64,000 bases of DNA, from assembly GCA_963784675.1 (NCBI GenBank), contig CAWASE010000013.1, positions 226,660 to 290,659 of the forward strand, read 5' to 3'. Position numbers and translations under genes: made by a program. This stretch comes from an uncultured Actinomycetes bacterium. Lineage in GTDB: Bacteria; Actinomycetota; Actinomycetes; Mycobacteriales; SCTD01. Within the stretch, counting starts at the first letter, position 1. Each line of letters starts with the position of its first letter. The notes beneath the pieces are model-generated. The model was given only the letters and a program-made list of their open reading frames with translations, was not told the origin of the DNA and did not search any database. Positions 47,690 to 57,783 of the stretch are shown in pieces.

Positions 47690-49105
47690 GTGGGGGACAC
47701 CCCTCTCGGATCGGATGGTTCCGTGGTCGACAGTGCTGCGCAACAGGTCGCTCGTCGCCGGGCCGTCAGCGGATTCGCCCTCTACGACGTCGCGAACAGC
47801 GCTTTCGTGACCACCGTGGTCACCGCGCTCGGGGGGCCGTTCCTCACCGCCCTGGCGAAGGACGCCGCGGGCCCGGACGGCCGGGTCTCCCTGCTGCTGT
47901 ACGCGCCGCGGGCCACGTCGCTCTACGCCTACGCCGTGACGCTCTCGGTGCTGCTGCAGGTGGCGCTGCTGCCGCTGCTCGGGGCGCTCGCCGATCGTCC
48001 GCAGGCCAAGCGACGGCTGCTGGCCACCGCGACCGCCGTCGGGTCCGTCGCCGCGCTCGGGCTCGCCCTGGTGCCGTCCGGCGCCGTCGTGCTGGGGCTG
48101 GTGGCCCTGGTCGTCGCCAACCTGTCCTTCGGGGCTGCGGTCCTCGCCTACAACGCCTACCTCGCCGACGTCGCGGAGGTGCCCGACCGCGACCGCGTCT
48201 CGGCCCGCGGCTTCGCGGCCGGGTACGCCGGAGGCGCTTTCGTGCTGGCGGTGGCGCTGGTGCTGGTCACGTCGGCGGGTCCGCTCGGGATCAGCCGCGG
48301 GACGGCGGTGCGGCTGGCGATCGCCCTTTCTGCGGTCTGGTGGGCCGGCGTCGGGATGGTGGCGCTGCGCCGACTGGACGCGGTGCAGCAGCTGCCGGGC
48401 TACGACCCGGGACCGCCCGCAGAGCCGCTCGGCCGGATCGTCGCCGGCTCGCTGCAGCGCCTGCGCGGATCGCTGGTGGCGCTGCGCGGGCTGCCGCTGA
48501 CCGCGCGCTACCTGGTGGCGTTCCTGCTGTTCAACGACGCCATCCAGGCGGTGATCGCGCTGTCGTCGGTGGTGCTGGAGAACGAGCTGTTCGTCGCGAA
48601 GGGCCGGCCCGCCGAGGACGCCACGCCGTTCCTGCTGATGCTCATCCTGCTCATCCAGGTCGTCGGCATCGCCGGCGCGATCGTGTCGGCCCGCCTCGCC
48701 GCCCGCTACGGCGCCGCGCCCGTCCTGCTCGCGACGCTCGTGATCTGGGTCGGCGTCGTGGCGTACGCGGTCTTCGGGCTGGACACCACCACCGGCGCCT
48801 ACGGCCTCGGGGTCGTGATCGCCCTGGTGCTCGGCGGCTCGCAGGCGCTCGCGCGCTCGTTGTTCTCCTCGATGACCCCGCAGCACCGGCAGGCCTCGTT
48901 CTTCGGCTTCTTCGAGATCGCCGAGCGGGGGACCGCCTGGATCGGGTCGCTGATCTTCGCCGTCGTGCTGGACGCCACCGGCTCCTACCGGGGCGCGCTG
49001 GGGAGCCTGGTGGTGCTGTTCGTCGCCGGTGGTCTGCTGCTGGCGCGGACCGACACCGACGCGGCGATCGAGGCCTCCCGGCTGGCCGAGGCGGCGGAGA
49101 CCTGA
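47690..49105 (+). CDS. MFS transporter (UMF1/Atg22-like)
   Basis: About 12 predicted TM segments: GFALYDVANSAFVTTVV, LGALADRPQAKRR, FFGFFEIAERGTAWIG. The start is uncertain between GTG 47690 and GTG 47723. Confidence 0.75.
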   Translation: MGDTPLGSDGSVVDSAAQQVARRRAVSGFALYDVANSAFVTTVVTALGGPFLTALAKDAAGPDGRVSLLLYAPRATSLYAYAVTLSVLLQVALLPLLGALADRPQAKRRLLATATAVGSVAALGLALVPSGAVVLGLVALVVANLSFGAAVLAYNAYLADVAEVPDRDRVSARGFAAGYAGGAFVLAVALVLVTSAGPLGISRGTAVRLAIALSAVWWAGVGMVALRRLDAVQQLPGYDPGPPAEPLGRIVAGSLQRLRGSLVALRGLPLTARYLVAFLLFNDAIQAVIALSSVVLENELFVAKGRPAEDATPFLLMLILLIQVVGIAGAIVSARLAARYGAAPVLLATLVIWVGVVAYAVFGLDTTTGAYGLGVVIALVLGGSQALARSLFSSMTPQHRQASFFGFFEIAERGTAWIGSLIFAVVLDATGSYRGALGSLVVLFVAGGLLLARTDTDAAIEASRLAEAAET

Positions 49106-49115
49106 GCGCTGCCGG

Positions 49116-50069
<954 letters not shown>

Positions 50070-50143
50070 GCCGTCCGGTCTACCACCGGCTCAGGGGTGC
50101 TCGCCGGCTGGCAGCAGGCGCGGTCGCGGCGCACGATGAGGCC

Positions 50144-50575
50144 GTGCACCTCACCCTGTCGGCCTCCGGTCCGGCCGAACCGGCCGAGGTGTGGGAGCGG
50201 TACGTGCGTCCGTCGCTGTGGTCGGGCTGGTCCCCGCAGGTCAGACGCGTGCAGACCGACGCCGCTACCGGCGACCGGCTGCGCGCAGGCAGCACCGGCA
50301 CCGTGCTCGGGCCGCCGGGGATCGGGGTGCGCTTCGTCGTCGAGGACCTGGACGAGCAGGCGCGCACGTGGCACTGGCGGGTCCGGCCGGCGACGCTGTC
50401 GGTACCGCTGCCGGTGTCGCTGCGGCTGGGGCACGGGGTGGTCGGGTCCCCGGCCGGCACGTCCACGTGGCTGACGCTGACCGGGCCGCCCGCCCTCGTG
50501 CTGGCCTATGCGCCCGTGGCGCGCTGGGCGCTGCACCGCCTCGTCCACGCGGGACCGGTCGCCCCGACCGCGTGA
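50144..50575 (+). CDS. SRPBCC (polyketide cyclase/dehydrase-like) family protein
   Basis: The size and the PAEVWERYVRPSLWSGWSPQV pattern resemble SRPBCC proteins. GTG start with GAGG upstream. Confidence 0.6.
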   Translation: MHLTLSASGPAEPAEVWERYVRPSLWSGWSPQVRRVQTDAATGDRLRAGSTGTVLGPPGIGVRFVVEDLDEQARTWHWRVRPATLSVPLPVSLRLGHGVVGSPAGTSTWLTLTGPPALVLAYAPVARWALHRLVHAGPVAPTA

Positions 50576-50606
50576 GCGGCGTCCGGCGCCGGCCGCGGGC
50601 TGGGTA

Positions 50607-50625
50607 GAACCGGTTCCTGTAACCT
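50607..50625 (+). promoter_or_regulatory. perfect 10-bp palindrome GAACCGGTTC followed by TAACCT 7 nt before the ATG (candidate operator plus leaderless -10)
   Basis: The sequence reads gtaGAACCGGTTCctgTAACCTtggtcacATG. No Shine-Dalgarno sequence lies between it and the ATG. Confidence 0.35.
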
Positions 50626-50632
50626 TGGTCAC

Positions 50633-51544
50633 ATGATCGGAGGCCGGCTCGCCCTGCGCACCGCCAAGCGGGTCATCCCGCTCCCCCGGGTCGAGGCGGT
50701 GCCCGCCGGCAGCGTCGTCACCCTGCCCGGGCGCGGCAGCACCTTCGTGGTCGACGCCCCCGGGCCGCCTGGCGCACCGACCGTGGTGCTGCTGCACGCG
50801 CTGTCGTGCACCGCCTACCTCTCCTGGTTCCCGGTGCTCGCCGAGCTGACCAAGACCTACCGCGTCATCGCCTTCGACCAGCGCTGGCACGGACGCGGCA
50901 TCCGGTCGCCGCGCTTCCGCCTGGAGGACTGCGCCGACGACGTCGCCGCGGTGCTCGACCACTGCGGCGTGAGCAGCGCGATCATCTGCGGCTACTCGAT
51001 GGGCGGCGCCGTCGCGCAGCTCACCTGGCAGCGACAGGTGGAGCGCGTCGAGGGTCTCGTCCTCTGCGCGACGTCACGCAACTTCCGTGGCGCCCGGCTC
51101 GAGCGCGCCGTCTACCCCGCCGTGACCGCCGCCTTCGCGCCGCTGACCGGCTACGCCTCGCGCCGGGTCCAGCGCTACGGCGCCCTGCTGCCCGACCTGC
51201 CCGGGACCGTCTGCACCGACGACGACTGGGGACGTTCGGAGTTCCGCGCCACCAGCGCCTGGTCGGCGCCGTCGGTGCTCGCCGCGATCGGGCGCTTCAA
51301 CTCGGCCGCCTGGATCAGCAACGTCGACGTCCCGACGTCGGTCGTCGTCGCGACCAGGGACCGGACCGTCCCGGTGGCGCGGCAGCGGCGGCTGGCCGCC
51401 GCCATCTCCGGCGCCGAGGTCTTCGAGGCCGAGGGCGGGCACGCCGTGCTGGTCGTCGGCGCCGAGCGCTTCTCGCCGGTGCTGGACGCCGCCCTGGCGT
51501 CGGTCGTGTCGCGCCTGCGCGGAGACCCGGCCAGCACTTCCTGA
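50633..51544 (+). CDS. alpha/beta hydrolase
   Basis: VVLLHALSCTAYLSW...FDQRWHGRG...CGYSMGGAVAQ (nucleophile elbow)...GGHAVLV. Confidence 0.8.
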   Translation: MIGGRLALRTAKRVIPLPRVEAVPAGSVVTLPGRGSTFVVDAPGPPGAPTVVLLHALSCTAYLSWFPVLAELTKTYRVIAFDQRWHGRGIRSPRFRLEDCADDVAAVLDHCGVSSAIICGYSMGGAVAQLTWQRQVERVEGLVLCATSRNFRGARLERAVYPAVTAAFAPLTGYASRRVQRYGALLPDLPGTVCTDDDWGRSEFRATSAWSAPSVLAAIGRFNSAAWISNVDVPTSVVVATRDRTVPVARQRRLAAAISGAEVFEAEGGHAVLVVGAERFSPVLDAALASVVSRLRGDPASTS

Positions 51545-51600
51545 GCGGCGGGGCCGTCGCGTCCACCCCGCCCGGGTCGCGACTCCGGCAGGATGTCCCG

Positions 51601-54492
51601 GTGCGGGCGGACGGGTGGGACAGGTGCGCCTTTCCCGGTGCCCTGCGCCGTTACCAGCTCCTCGCGCTCGACGCGGTCGACCAGCTGCGCGCGGACGGCG
51701 AGCGACGCGCCTACCTGGTGCTTCCGCCCGGTGCCGGCAAGACCGTCGTCGGGCTGGAGGCGGCGCGCCGGATCGGCCGGCGCACCCTCGTCCTGACGCC
51801 GAACACCGCCGTGCAGGGGCAGTGGTTGCGTGCGTGGGACGGGTTCGGCGGGGCTGCCGGCCAGCACCCGCAGCCGGCCAGCGCGACGCGCGAGCTCGCC
51901 TCCGGCCTGACCGTCCTGACCTACCAGGGGGTGACCGTGTGGGACCGTGGCGCCGACGACGAGGACGTCGCCGACGACACCTCCGCCGATGTCGCCGAGC
52001 AGCGCCGCGCCGCGCTGCGCGGTGAGGCCGGCAGCGACCTGCTCTCGCTGCTGCACCCGCGCGGACGCGAGATGGTCGGCCGGGCCCGTGCGCTCGGCCC
52101 GTGGACCCTGGTGCTGGACGAGTGCCACCACCTGCTCGAGACCTGGGGCGCGCTGGTCCGGGCGCTGGTGCGCGAGCTGGGCCAGGACACCTGGGTGGTC
52201 GGCCTGACCGCCACGCCCCCCGCCGACCTCACCGAGCGGCAGAAGCGCCTGCACGACGAGCTTTTCGCCGACCTGGACTTCTGCGTGCCGACGCCGGCGG
52301 TGGTGAAGGAGGCCGAGCTGGCCCCGTTCCAGGAGCTGGTCTTCCTCACCGCCCCGAGCGTGGAGGAGGACACCTGGATCGCGTCGGAGAGCCTGCGCTT
52401 CAGCGAGCCTGCAGCACGAGCTGGTGGCCCAGCGGCACGGCACGCTGCCGTTCGCCGACTGGCTCTGGCGCCGCCTGCACGGTCGTCGCAGCGCTGCCGA
52501 GGCGGACCGCAGCTGGGCTGGCCGGAGGTCGAGGCGGCCGAGCCGGCCTTCGCCCGCGCGGGACTGCGCCTGGCGCACGCCGGTGTGATCGGTCTGCCGG
52601 TGGGGGCGCGTCTGCGCGAGCAGCACCGGGTGCCGACCGACGCGCAGGACTGGGCGGTGCTGCTGGGCGGCTACGCCCGCGAGCACCTGCTGGACAGCAC
52701 CGACCTCGCCGACCAGCGCCTGCTGCACGGCATCCGCGAGGTGCTGCCGGGGCTCGGCTGGCTGCTGACCCGCAAGGGCCTGCGCGCCACGACCTCACCG
52801 GTCGACCGCGTCTGTGCCCTGTCGGAGTCCAAGGCTGCCGCGGCCGTCCAGGTGCTCGCGGCCGAGAGCGACACGCTCGGCGAGGACCTTCGGGCCGTCG
52901 TGCTGTGCGACTTCGAGGACCAGGCGGCGGTCACCGCCTCCCGCGTCGACGACGGGACGCAGGGCCGGCAGACCGGGTCGGCCCGGCTGGCCTTCCTCAC
53001 GCTGGCGCGGTGCGACCGCGCTGCCACGCTGCGCCCGGTGCTGTGCACCGGTCGGACCGTCGCGATGCGCCGCGAGGACCTCGCGGCCTTCCGCGCGTTC
53101 GCGCCGCCGGGCCTGGCCGACCGCCTGCTGGCCGAGCCGTTCGAGGGGACCCGTTCGCTGGTCAGCCTCACGATCGGGTCCGGCTGGTCGGCACGCACCT
53201 GGACCCCCCTGATGACCGACTGGCTCGTCGCCGGCGGGACCCAGGTGGTGGTGAGCACGCGGGCGCTGCTCGGCGAGGGCTGGGACTGCCCCCCGTTGAA
53301 CGTCGTCCTGGACCTGTCCAGCGCGGCGACGGCGACGTCGGTGACGCAGGTGCGCGGGCGTTCGCTGCGGCTGGACCCGGAACGACCGGACAAGGTGGCG
53401 GACAACTGGAGCATCGTCTGCGTCGCCGACGGTCACCCGCGCGGCGACGCCGACTACCTGCGCACGGTGCGCAAGCACGAGCACCATCTCGTCCTGGGCC
53501 GCGACGGTCTGATCGAGTCGGGCATCGGCCACTGCGACGAGGCGCTGAGCCCCTATGCGGCGCCGGACGCCGGCACCCGCGCCGCCGTGAACGGCCGGGC
53601 GCTGCTGCGGGTCGGTGAGCGTGCCGCCGTCCGGGCCGGCTGGGGCATCGGCGAGCCGTACGTCGGCAGCGAGCTGTCGACGCTGCGGCTGCGGACGGGG
53701 CGCCCGTTCGGCCTGCCGGGTGGTCTGGTGCCGACGCGGCTGCTCGACGTCCGCACCACGCTGGGCGCCCCGGCGCCGGCCGCGCTGCCCCCCCGCGCGG
53801 GGACCCCGGCGCGGCTGTGGCCGTTGCCGATCGCCACCGCGGTCGTCGGCAGCGCCGCGGTGACGGCTACCGGCGGGCCGGTGTGGGGGGCGGCGACCGG
53901 CCTCGGGGCGGGGCTGCTGACGGGCGGCGCCGTGGCCGGTCGTCGCTACACGCGTCAGCTGCGCGCCCTCCGCCGGCTCCCGGCCGACGGCGACACCGCG
54001 GGGGTGGTGCAGCTCGCCCGGGCGGTGGCGGACGCGCTGCGTGCGACCGGCGGCACCAGCGCTGCCTCGGAAGCGGTCCGCGTCGTCTCCCGGCCCGGCG
54101 GCTGGCTCGCCGTCGAGCTCGATGCCCCGCCGGAGCAGTCGCTGCTGTTCGCGACCTGCCTGGACGAGCTGGTCTCGCCGCTGGGGGCTCCGGGCTGGCT
54201 GGTGTCGCGGCTGGTCCTGCCGAGCCCGGCGGCGGCGGCTGACCGACGCCGCCTGGCGCGGGCCCGGGCGGTCGGGCGGCCGGTCGAGGCTGCCGTCGCC
54301 TGGCATGCGGTGCCGGCCTGGCTGGGGCGCAGCAAGGCCAAGGTCGCGGCCTTCGACACCGCCTGGCGCGAGCACGTCGGCGCGGGCCGGCTGGTGCGCG
54401 GCAGCGATCCCGAGGGCGCGGCGCTGCTGGACCTGCTGCGGGGCGAGGACCCGTTCGCGGTCACCAGCCGGCTGCGGACGACCTGGCGGTAG
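51601..54492 (+). CDS. large SF2 (DEAD/DEAH, ResIII-like) helicase family protein with long C-terminal extension; internal compensated frame change
   Basis: LRRYQLLALD, Walker A LVLPPGAGKTVVG, DECHH, GLTATPP, and motif VI VTQVRGRSLR. The C-terminal extension of about 400 aa includes a Gly/Ala-rich hydrophobic stretch. The GTG at 51601 is the first in-frame start after the hydrolase stop. Between 52408 and 52519 GC3 bias supports a different frame. Confidence 0.75.
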   Translation: MRADGWDRCAFPGALRRYQLLALDAVDQLRADGERRAYLVLPPGAGKTVVGLEAARRIGRRTLVLTPNTAVQGQWLRAWDGFGGAAGQHPQPASATRELASGLTVLTYQGVTVWDRGADDEDVADDTSADVAEQRRAALRGEAGSDLLSLLHPRGREMVGRARALGPWTLVLDECHHLLETWGALVRALVRELGQDTWVVGLTATPPADLTERQKRLHDELFADLDFCVPTPAVVKEAELAPFQELVFLTAPSVEEDTWIASESLRFSEPAARAGGPAARHAAVRRLALAPPARSSQRCRGGPQLGWPEVEAAEPAFARAGLRLAHAGVIGLPVGARLREQHRVPTDAQDWAVLLGGYAREHLLDSTDLADQRLLHGIREVLPGLGWLLTRKGLRATTSPVDRVCALSESKAAAAVQVLAAESDTLGEDLRAVVLCDFEDQAAVTASRVDDGTQGRQTGSARLAFLTLARCDRAATLRPVLCTGRTVAMRREDLAAFRAFAPPGLADRLLAEPFEGTRSLVSLTIGSGWSARTWTPLMTDWLVAGGTQVVVSTRALLGEGWDCPPLNVVLDLSSAATATSVTQVRGRSLRLDPERPDKVADNWSIVCVADGHPRGDADYLRTVRKHEHHLVLGRDGLIESGIGHCDEALSPYAAPDAGTRAAVNGRALLRVGERAAVRAGWGIGEPYVGSELSTLRLRTGRPFGLPGGLVPTRLLDVRTTLGAPAPAALPPRAGTPARLWPLPIATAVVGSAAVTATGGPVWGAATGLGAGLLTGGAVAGRRYTRQLRALRRLPADGDTAGVVQLARAVADALRATGGTSAASEAVRVVSRPGGWLAVELDAPPEQSLLFATCLDELVSPLGAPGWLVSRLVLPSPAAAADRRRLARARAVGRPVEAAVAWHAVPAWLGRSKAKVAAFDTAWREHVGAGRLVRGSDPEGAALLDLLRGEDPFAVTSRLRTTWR

Positions 54493-54549
54493 CGCCGGTC
54501 TGCTGGCGGCGCTCACGACGCAGCGACAGCAGCGTCTAGCGTTGCGCTC

Positions 54550-55455
54550 GTGACATCGAACCGGCGCGGCGTGCTCTACGGTGTCGGCGCCTATCTGCTG
54601 TGGGGGCTGTTCCCGCTCTACTGGCCGCTGCTGAAGCCGGCCGCCGCGCTGGAGGTGCTGGGGCAACGCATCGTCTGGTCCTTCGTCGTCGTGCTGCTGC
54701 TCGTGGCGCTGACGGCCGGCGCCAGCCGGTTGCGTGCCGTGGTGGCCGACCGCGGCACGCTGATCCGGCTGGCCCTCGCTGCCCTGTTCGTCGCCGGCAA
54801 CTGGGGCACCTACATCTACGGCGTCAACAGCGGGCAGGTGATCGAGACCTCGCTGGGCTACTTCGTGAACCCGATCGTCACGGTGCTGCTGGGGGTGCTC
54901 GTGCTGGGCGAGCGGCTGCGGCCGGTGCAGTGGACGGCGCTCGGGGTCGCGTTCCTCGCGGTCGTGGTGCTGACCCTGCAGAACGGACGGCCGCCGTACA
55001 TCGCCCTGGTGCTCGCGTTCTCCTTCGGCACGTACGGGCTGCTGAAGAAGACCGCCGGGGTAGGCGCGGTCGAGGGTCTGGCCGTCGAGAGCGCGGTGCT
55101 GCTGCCGGTGGCGGTGGCCTATCTGTTCGTGCTGCACGCCACCGGCGGCGGCACGTTCACGACCGAGGGACCGGGGCACGCCGTGCTGCTCGCGACCACC
55201 GGCGTCGTCACCGCCGTCCCGCTGCTGCTGTTCGCCGGGGCGGCCTCGCGGGTTCCGCTGTCGACGCTCGGCCTTCTGCAGTATCTCGCGCCGACGATGC
55301 AGTTCCTGCTCGGCGTGGTCGTGCTCCACGAGCCGCTGCCGCTGGTGCGCCTGCTCGGGTTCGCGCTGGTCTGGTTCGCCCTGGCGCTGTTCACCAGCGA
55401 CGTGGTGCGCCACCACCGGCGCACGCTCCGGCTGGCCGTGACGGCGCCGGTGTGA
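54550..55455 (+). CDS. rarD: EamA-family transporter RarD
   Basis: GVLYGVGAYLLWGLFPLYW...NWGTYIYGVNSGQVIETSLGYFVNPI...LLQYLAPT. Ten TM segments. Confidence 0.85.
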   Translation: MTSNRRGVLYGVGAYLLWGLFPLYWPLLKPAAALEVLGQRIVWSFVVVLLLVALTAGASRLRAVVADRGTLIRLALAALFVAGNWGTYIYGVNSGQVIETSLGYFVNPIVTVLLGVLVLGERLRPVQWTALGVAFLAVVVLTLQNGRPPYIALVLAFSFGTYGLLKKTAGVGAVEGLAVESAVLLPVAVAYLFVLHATGGGTFTTEGPGHAVLLATTGVVTAVPLLLFAGAASRVPLSTLGLLQYLAPTMQFLLGVVVLHEPLPLVRLLGFALVWFALALFTSDVVRHHRRTLRLAVTAPV

Positions 55456-55503
55456 GGCGGGACGGCCGGCCGACGCTGCTGCACACGTCCTGATCGTCGA
55501 GCC

Positions 55504-56578
55504 TCACCGGATCGTGCCGGCGCCCGGGATCAGCGGCAGGTCCAGCGCAGTCACCCAGCCGGGCGGCAGCTCGTTGACGGCCGGGACGGCGTTGAGCGCG
55601 CGCATGCCCGTGGCGAGGCAGCCGGCGGTGGCGGCGTCGCGACCGCTGCCGTCGGTGAACCGGAACGCCGTCTCCTGCACGATCGACGGGCTGCCGGTGA
55701 TCTCGACCCGGTAGACGTCGCTGTCGGTGCCGCGGGGCCAGTCGGGGGCGGCGTCCGGGCCGATGCGGTTGACGTGCTCGAGCTGGATGCGGGTGCGGCC
55801 GCGGTGGACGCCGTTGATGGTGAAGTTGATCGCCGCGACGTTGCCCGGCCCGATGACGCCCTTCACGGTGGTGATCGGGTACGTCGGTGACCCACTTGTC
55901 CCAGGTGGTCGTGATCTCGTCGAGCTCGATGCCGACGGCGTGCGCCATCATCGGCACGGTGGCGCCCCAGGCCATGACCAGCAGGTCGGTGTGCTCCAGC
56001 AGCGGCACGAACTCCGGGGTCCGGCCGATGCCCATCTCGTCCTCGTAGTCGCCCTCGTAGTTCTGGTAGTCGAGGATCTCCAGCGCGCGGACCAGCTCGA
56101 CCTCACCGCACAGGCCCATCAGCGTCATCGGGAACAGGTCGTTGGCGAAGCCTGGGTCGATGCCGGTGGTGAAGCAGCGAGGAGCCGCCGGCCTCGCACG
56201 CCTCGCGCACGGGCTCGATCCAGGCGGCCGGGTTGAGCGACATCGCCGGCCACACCCACGGCGTCATGGCGGTCGAGACGACGTCGATGCCGGCCCGCAG
56301 GAACGCCGTCATGACGCGCAGGTTGTCCGCGGCCTTCGCGGCGGTGGGCCCGTAGTGCACGAGGGCGTCGGGGGCAGTGGCGAGGAGCACCTCGAGGTCG
56401 TCGGTGCAGGTCACCCCGACCGGTGGCGCTGCCGAGCAGCTCGCCGACGTCCTTGCCGACCTTGGCGGGGTTGCTGACCCCGACCCCGACGAGCTCGAAC
56501 CCGGGGTGCCGCAGCACCTCCGTCGAGCACGAGCCGGCCGACGAACCCCGTCCCCCACACCACGATGCGCTTGGTCAT
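55504..56578 (-). pseudogene. NAD(P)H-dependent amine dehydrogenase / DapB-like oxidoreductase family protein, reading frame broken 4 times
   Basis: MTKRIVVWGTGFVGRLVL / EVLRHPGFELVGVGVSNPAKVGKDVGELLG / VGVTCTDDLEVLLATAPDALVHYGP...GIDVVST / FTTGIDPGFANDLFPMTLMGLCG...WDKWVTDVP / ITTVKGVIGPGNVAAINF... Each piece lies one frame on from the last, with breaks near 56522, 56425, 56165 and 55878. 1075 nt minus 4 equals 357 codons. Confidence 0.65.
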
Positions 56579-56670
56579 GCACCGTTCCTAGACCATCGCG
56601 GCCGCGTCCGGGGCGGACAGGACTGCTGCGGTCCCGACCGGTCGGCGGCCGGCGCCGTAGCCTCGGGCGC

Positions 56671-57735
56671 GTGCTCGACCGTCGCGACGCCCCGCTCGCC
56701 CCCCTCACCACCCTGCAGCTCGGGGGTCCGGCGAAGCGGCTGCTCACGGTGCACACCGAGGACGAGCTCGTCGACGCCGTGACGGCGGCCGACCGCAGCG
56801 CCGAGCCGCTGCTGGTGCTCGGTGGCGGCAGCAACGTGGTCCTGCCCGACGCCGGCTTCGACGGCACCGTCGTGCGCATCGCCGTGCACGGGCTCACCGC
56901 GCGGACCGACGGCGCGCAGGTGCTGCTCACCGCGGCCGCCGGCGAGGACTGGGACGGGCTCGTCGCGCTGACCGTGACCGACGGGTTGGCCGGGATCGAG
57001 GCGCTGTCCGGCATCCCCGGCCTGGTCGGCGCCAGCCCGGTGCAGAACGTCGGCGCCTACGGGCAGGACGTCGCGCAGACCGTCCGCGCGGTGCGCGCGC
57101 TGGACCGGCGCAGCGGGCAGGTCGTCACCCTCCCCGCAGCCGAGTGCGCGTTCGCCTACCGACAGAGCCGGTTCAAGCGCGAGCCCGGACGGTGGGTCGT
57201 GCTGGCGGTGACGTTCGCCCTGCAGGCGTCGCACGCGTCCCAGCCGGTCGCGTACGCCGAGCTGGCGCGGCGCCTCGGCGTCCCCGTGGGCGAGCGCGCG
57301 CCGCTCGGCGAGGTGCGCGCGGCCGTGCTCGCGCTGCGCCGCGGCAAGGGCATGGTGCTGGACGCCGCCGACCCCGACACCCGCAGCTGCGGGTCGTTCT
57401 TCACCAATCCGCAGCTCACCGCCGAGCAGGCGGCCCGGCTGGATCCCGCCGCCCCGCGCTGGCCCGGCGACGGCGCCCTGGTCAAGACCAGCGCGGCCTG
57501 GCTCATCGAGCACGCCGGGTTCGGCAAGGGCCACTTCGCCGGTCCGGTGGGCATCTCGAGCAAGCACACGCTGGCGCTGGTGCACCGCGGCGGCGGCACC
57601 AGCGGCGAGCTGCTCGCGGTGGCCCAGCAGGTGCGCGACGGGGTGCGCGCGGCCTTCGGCGTCGAGCTCGTCCCGGAGCCGGTCCTCGTCGGCGCGTCGC
57701 TGCCGGTCGGGCAGGCGGCACGCCCGGGCACGTAG
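56671..57735 (+). CDS. murB: UDP-N-acetylenolpyruvoylglucosamine reductase
   Basis: PLAPLTTLQLGGPA...LVLGGGSNVVL...GIEALSGIPGLVGASPVQNVGAYGQ...SCGSFFTNP...KTSAAWLIE. Confidence 0.85.
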   Translation: MLDRRDAPLAPLTTLQLGGPAKRLLTVHTEDELVDAVTAADRSAEPLLVLGGGSNVVLPDAGFDGTVVRIAVHGLTARTDGAQVLLTAAAGEDWDGLVALTVTDGLAGIEALSGIPGLVGASPVQNVGAYGQDVAQTVRAVRALDRRSGQVVTLPAAECAFAYRQSRFKREPGRWVVLAVTFALQASHASQPVAYAELARRLGVPVGERAPLGEVRAAVLALRRGKGMVLDAADPDTRSCGSFFTNPQLTAEQAARLDPAAPRWPGDGALVKTSAAWLIEHAGFGKGHFAGPVGISSKHTLALVHRGGGTSGELLAVAQQVRDGVRAAFGVELVPEPVLVGASLPVGQAARPGT

Positions 57736-57783
57736 CGGGCAGACTGGGCGTCCTACCCGGGGACGACGCACGGAGGTGGACCG

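Noticed and set aside
50806-51600. N-terminal 265 aa of the 1228-aa ORF preceding the helicase motifs.
   Set aside because: This part is an alternative frame of the alpha/beta hydrolase gene (50633-51544), with Arg/Pro-rich composition. The helicase most plausibly starts at GTG 51601.
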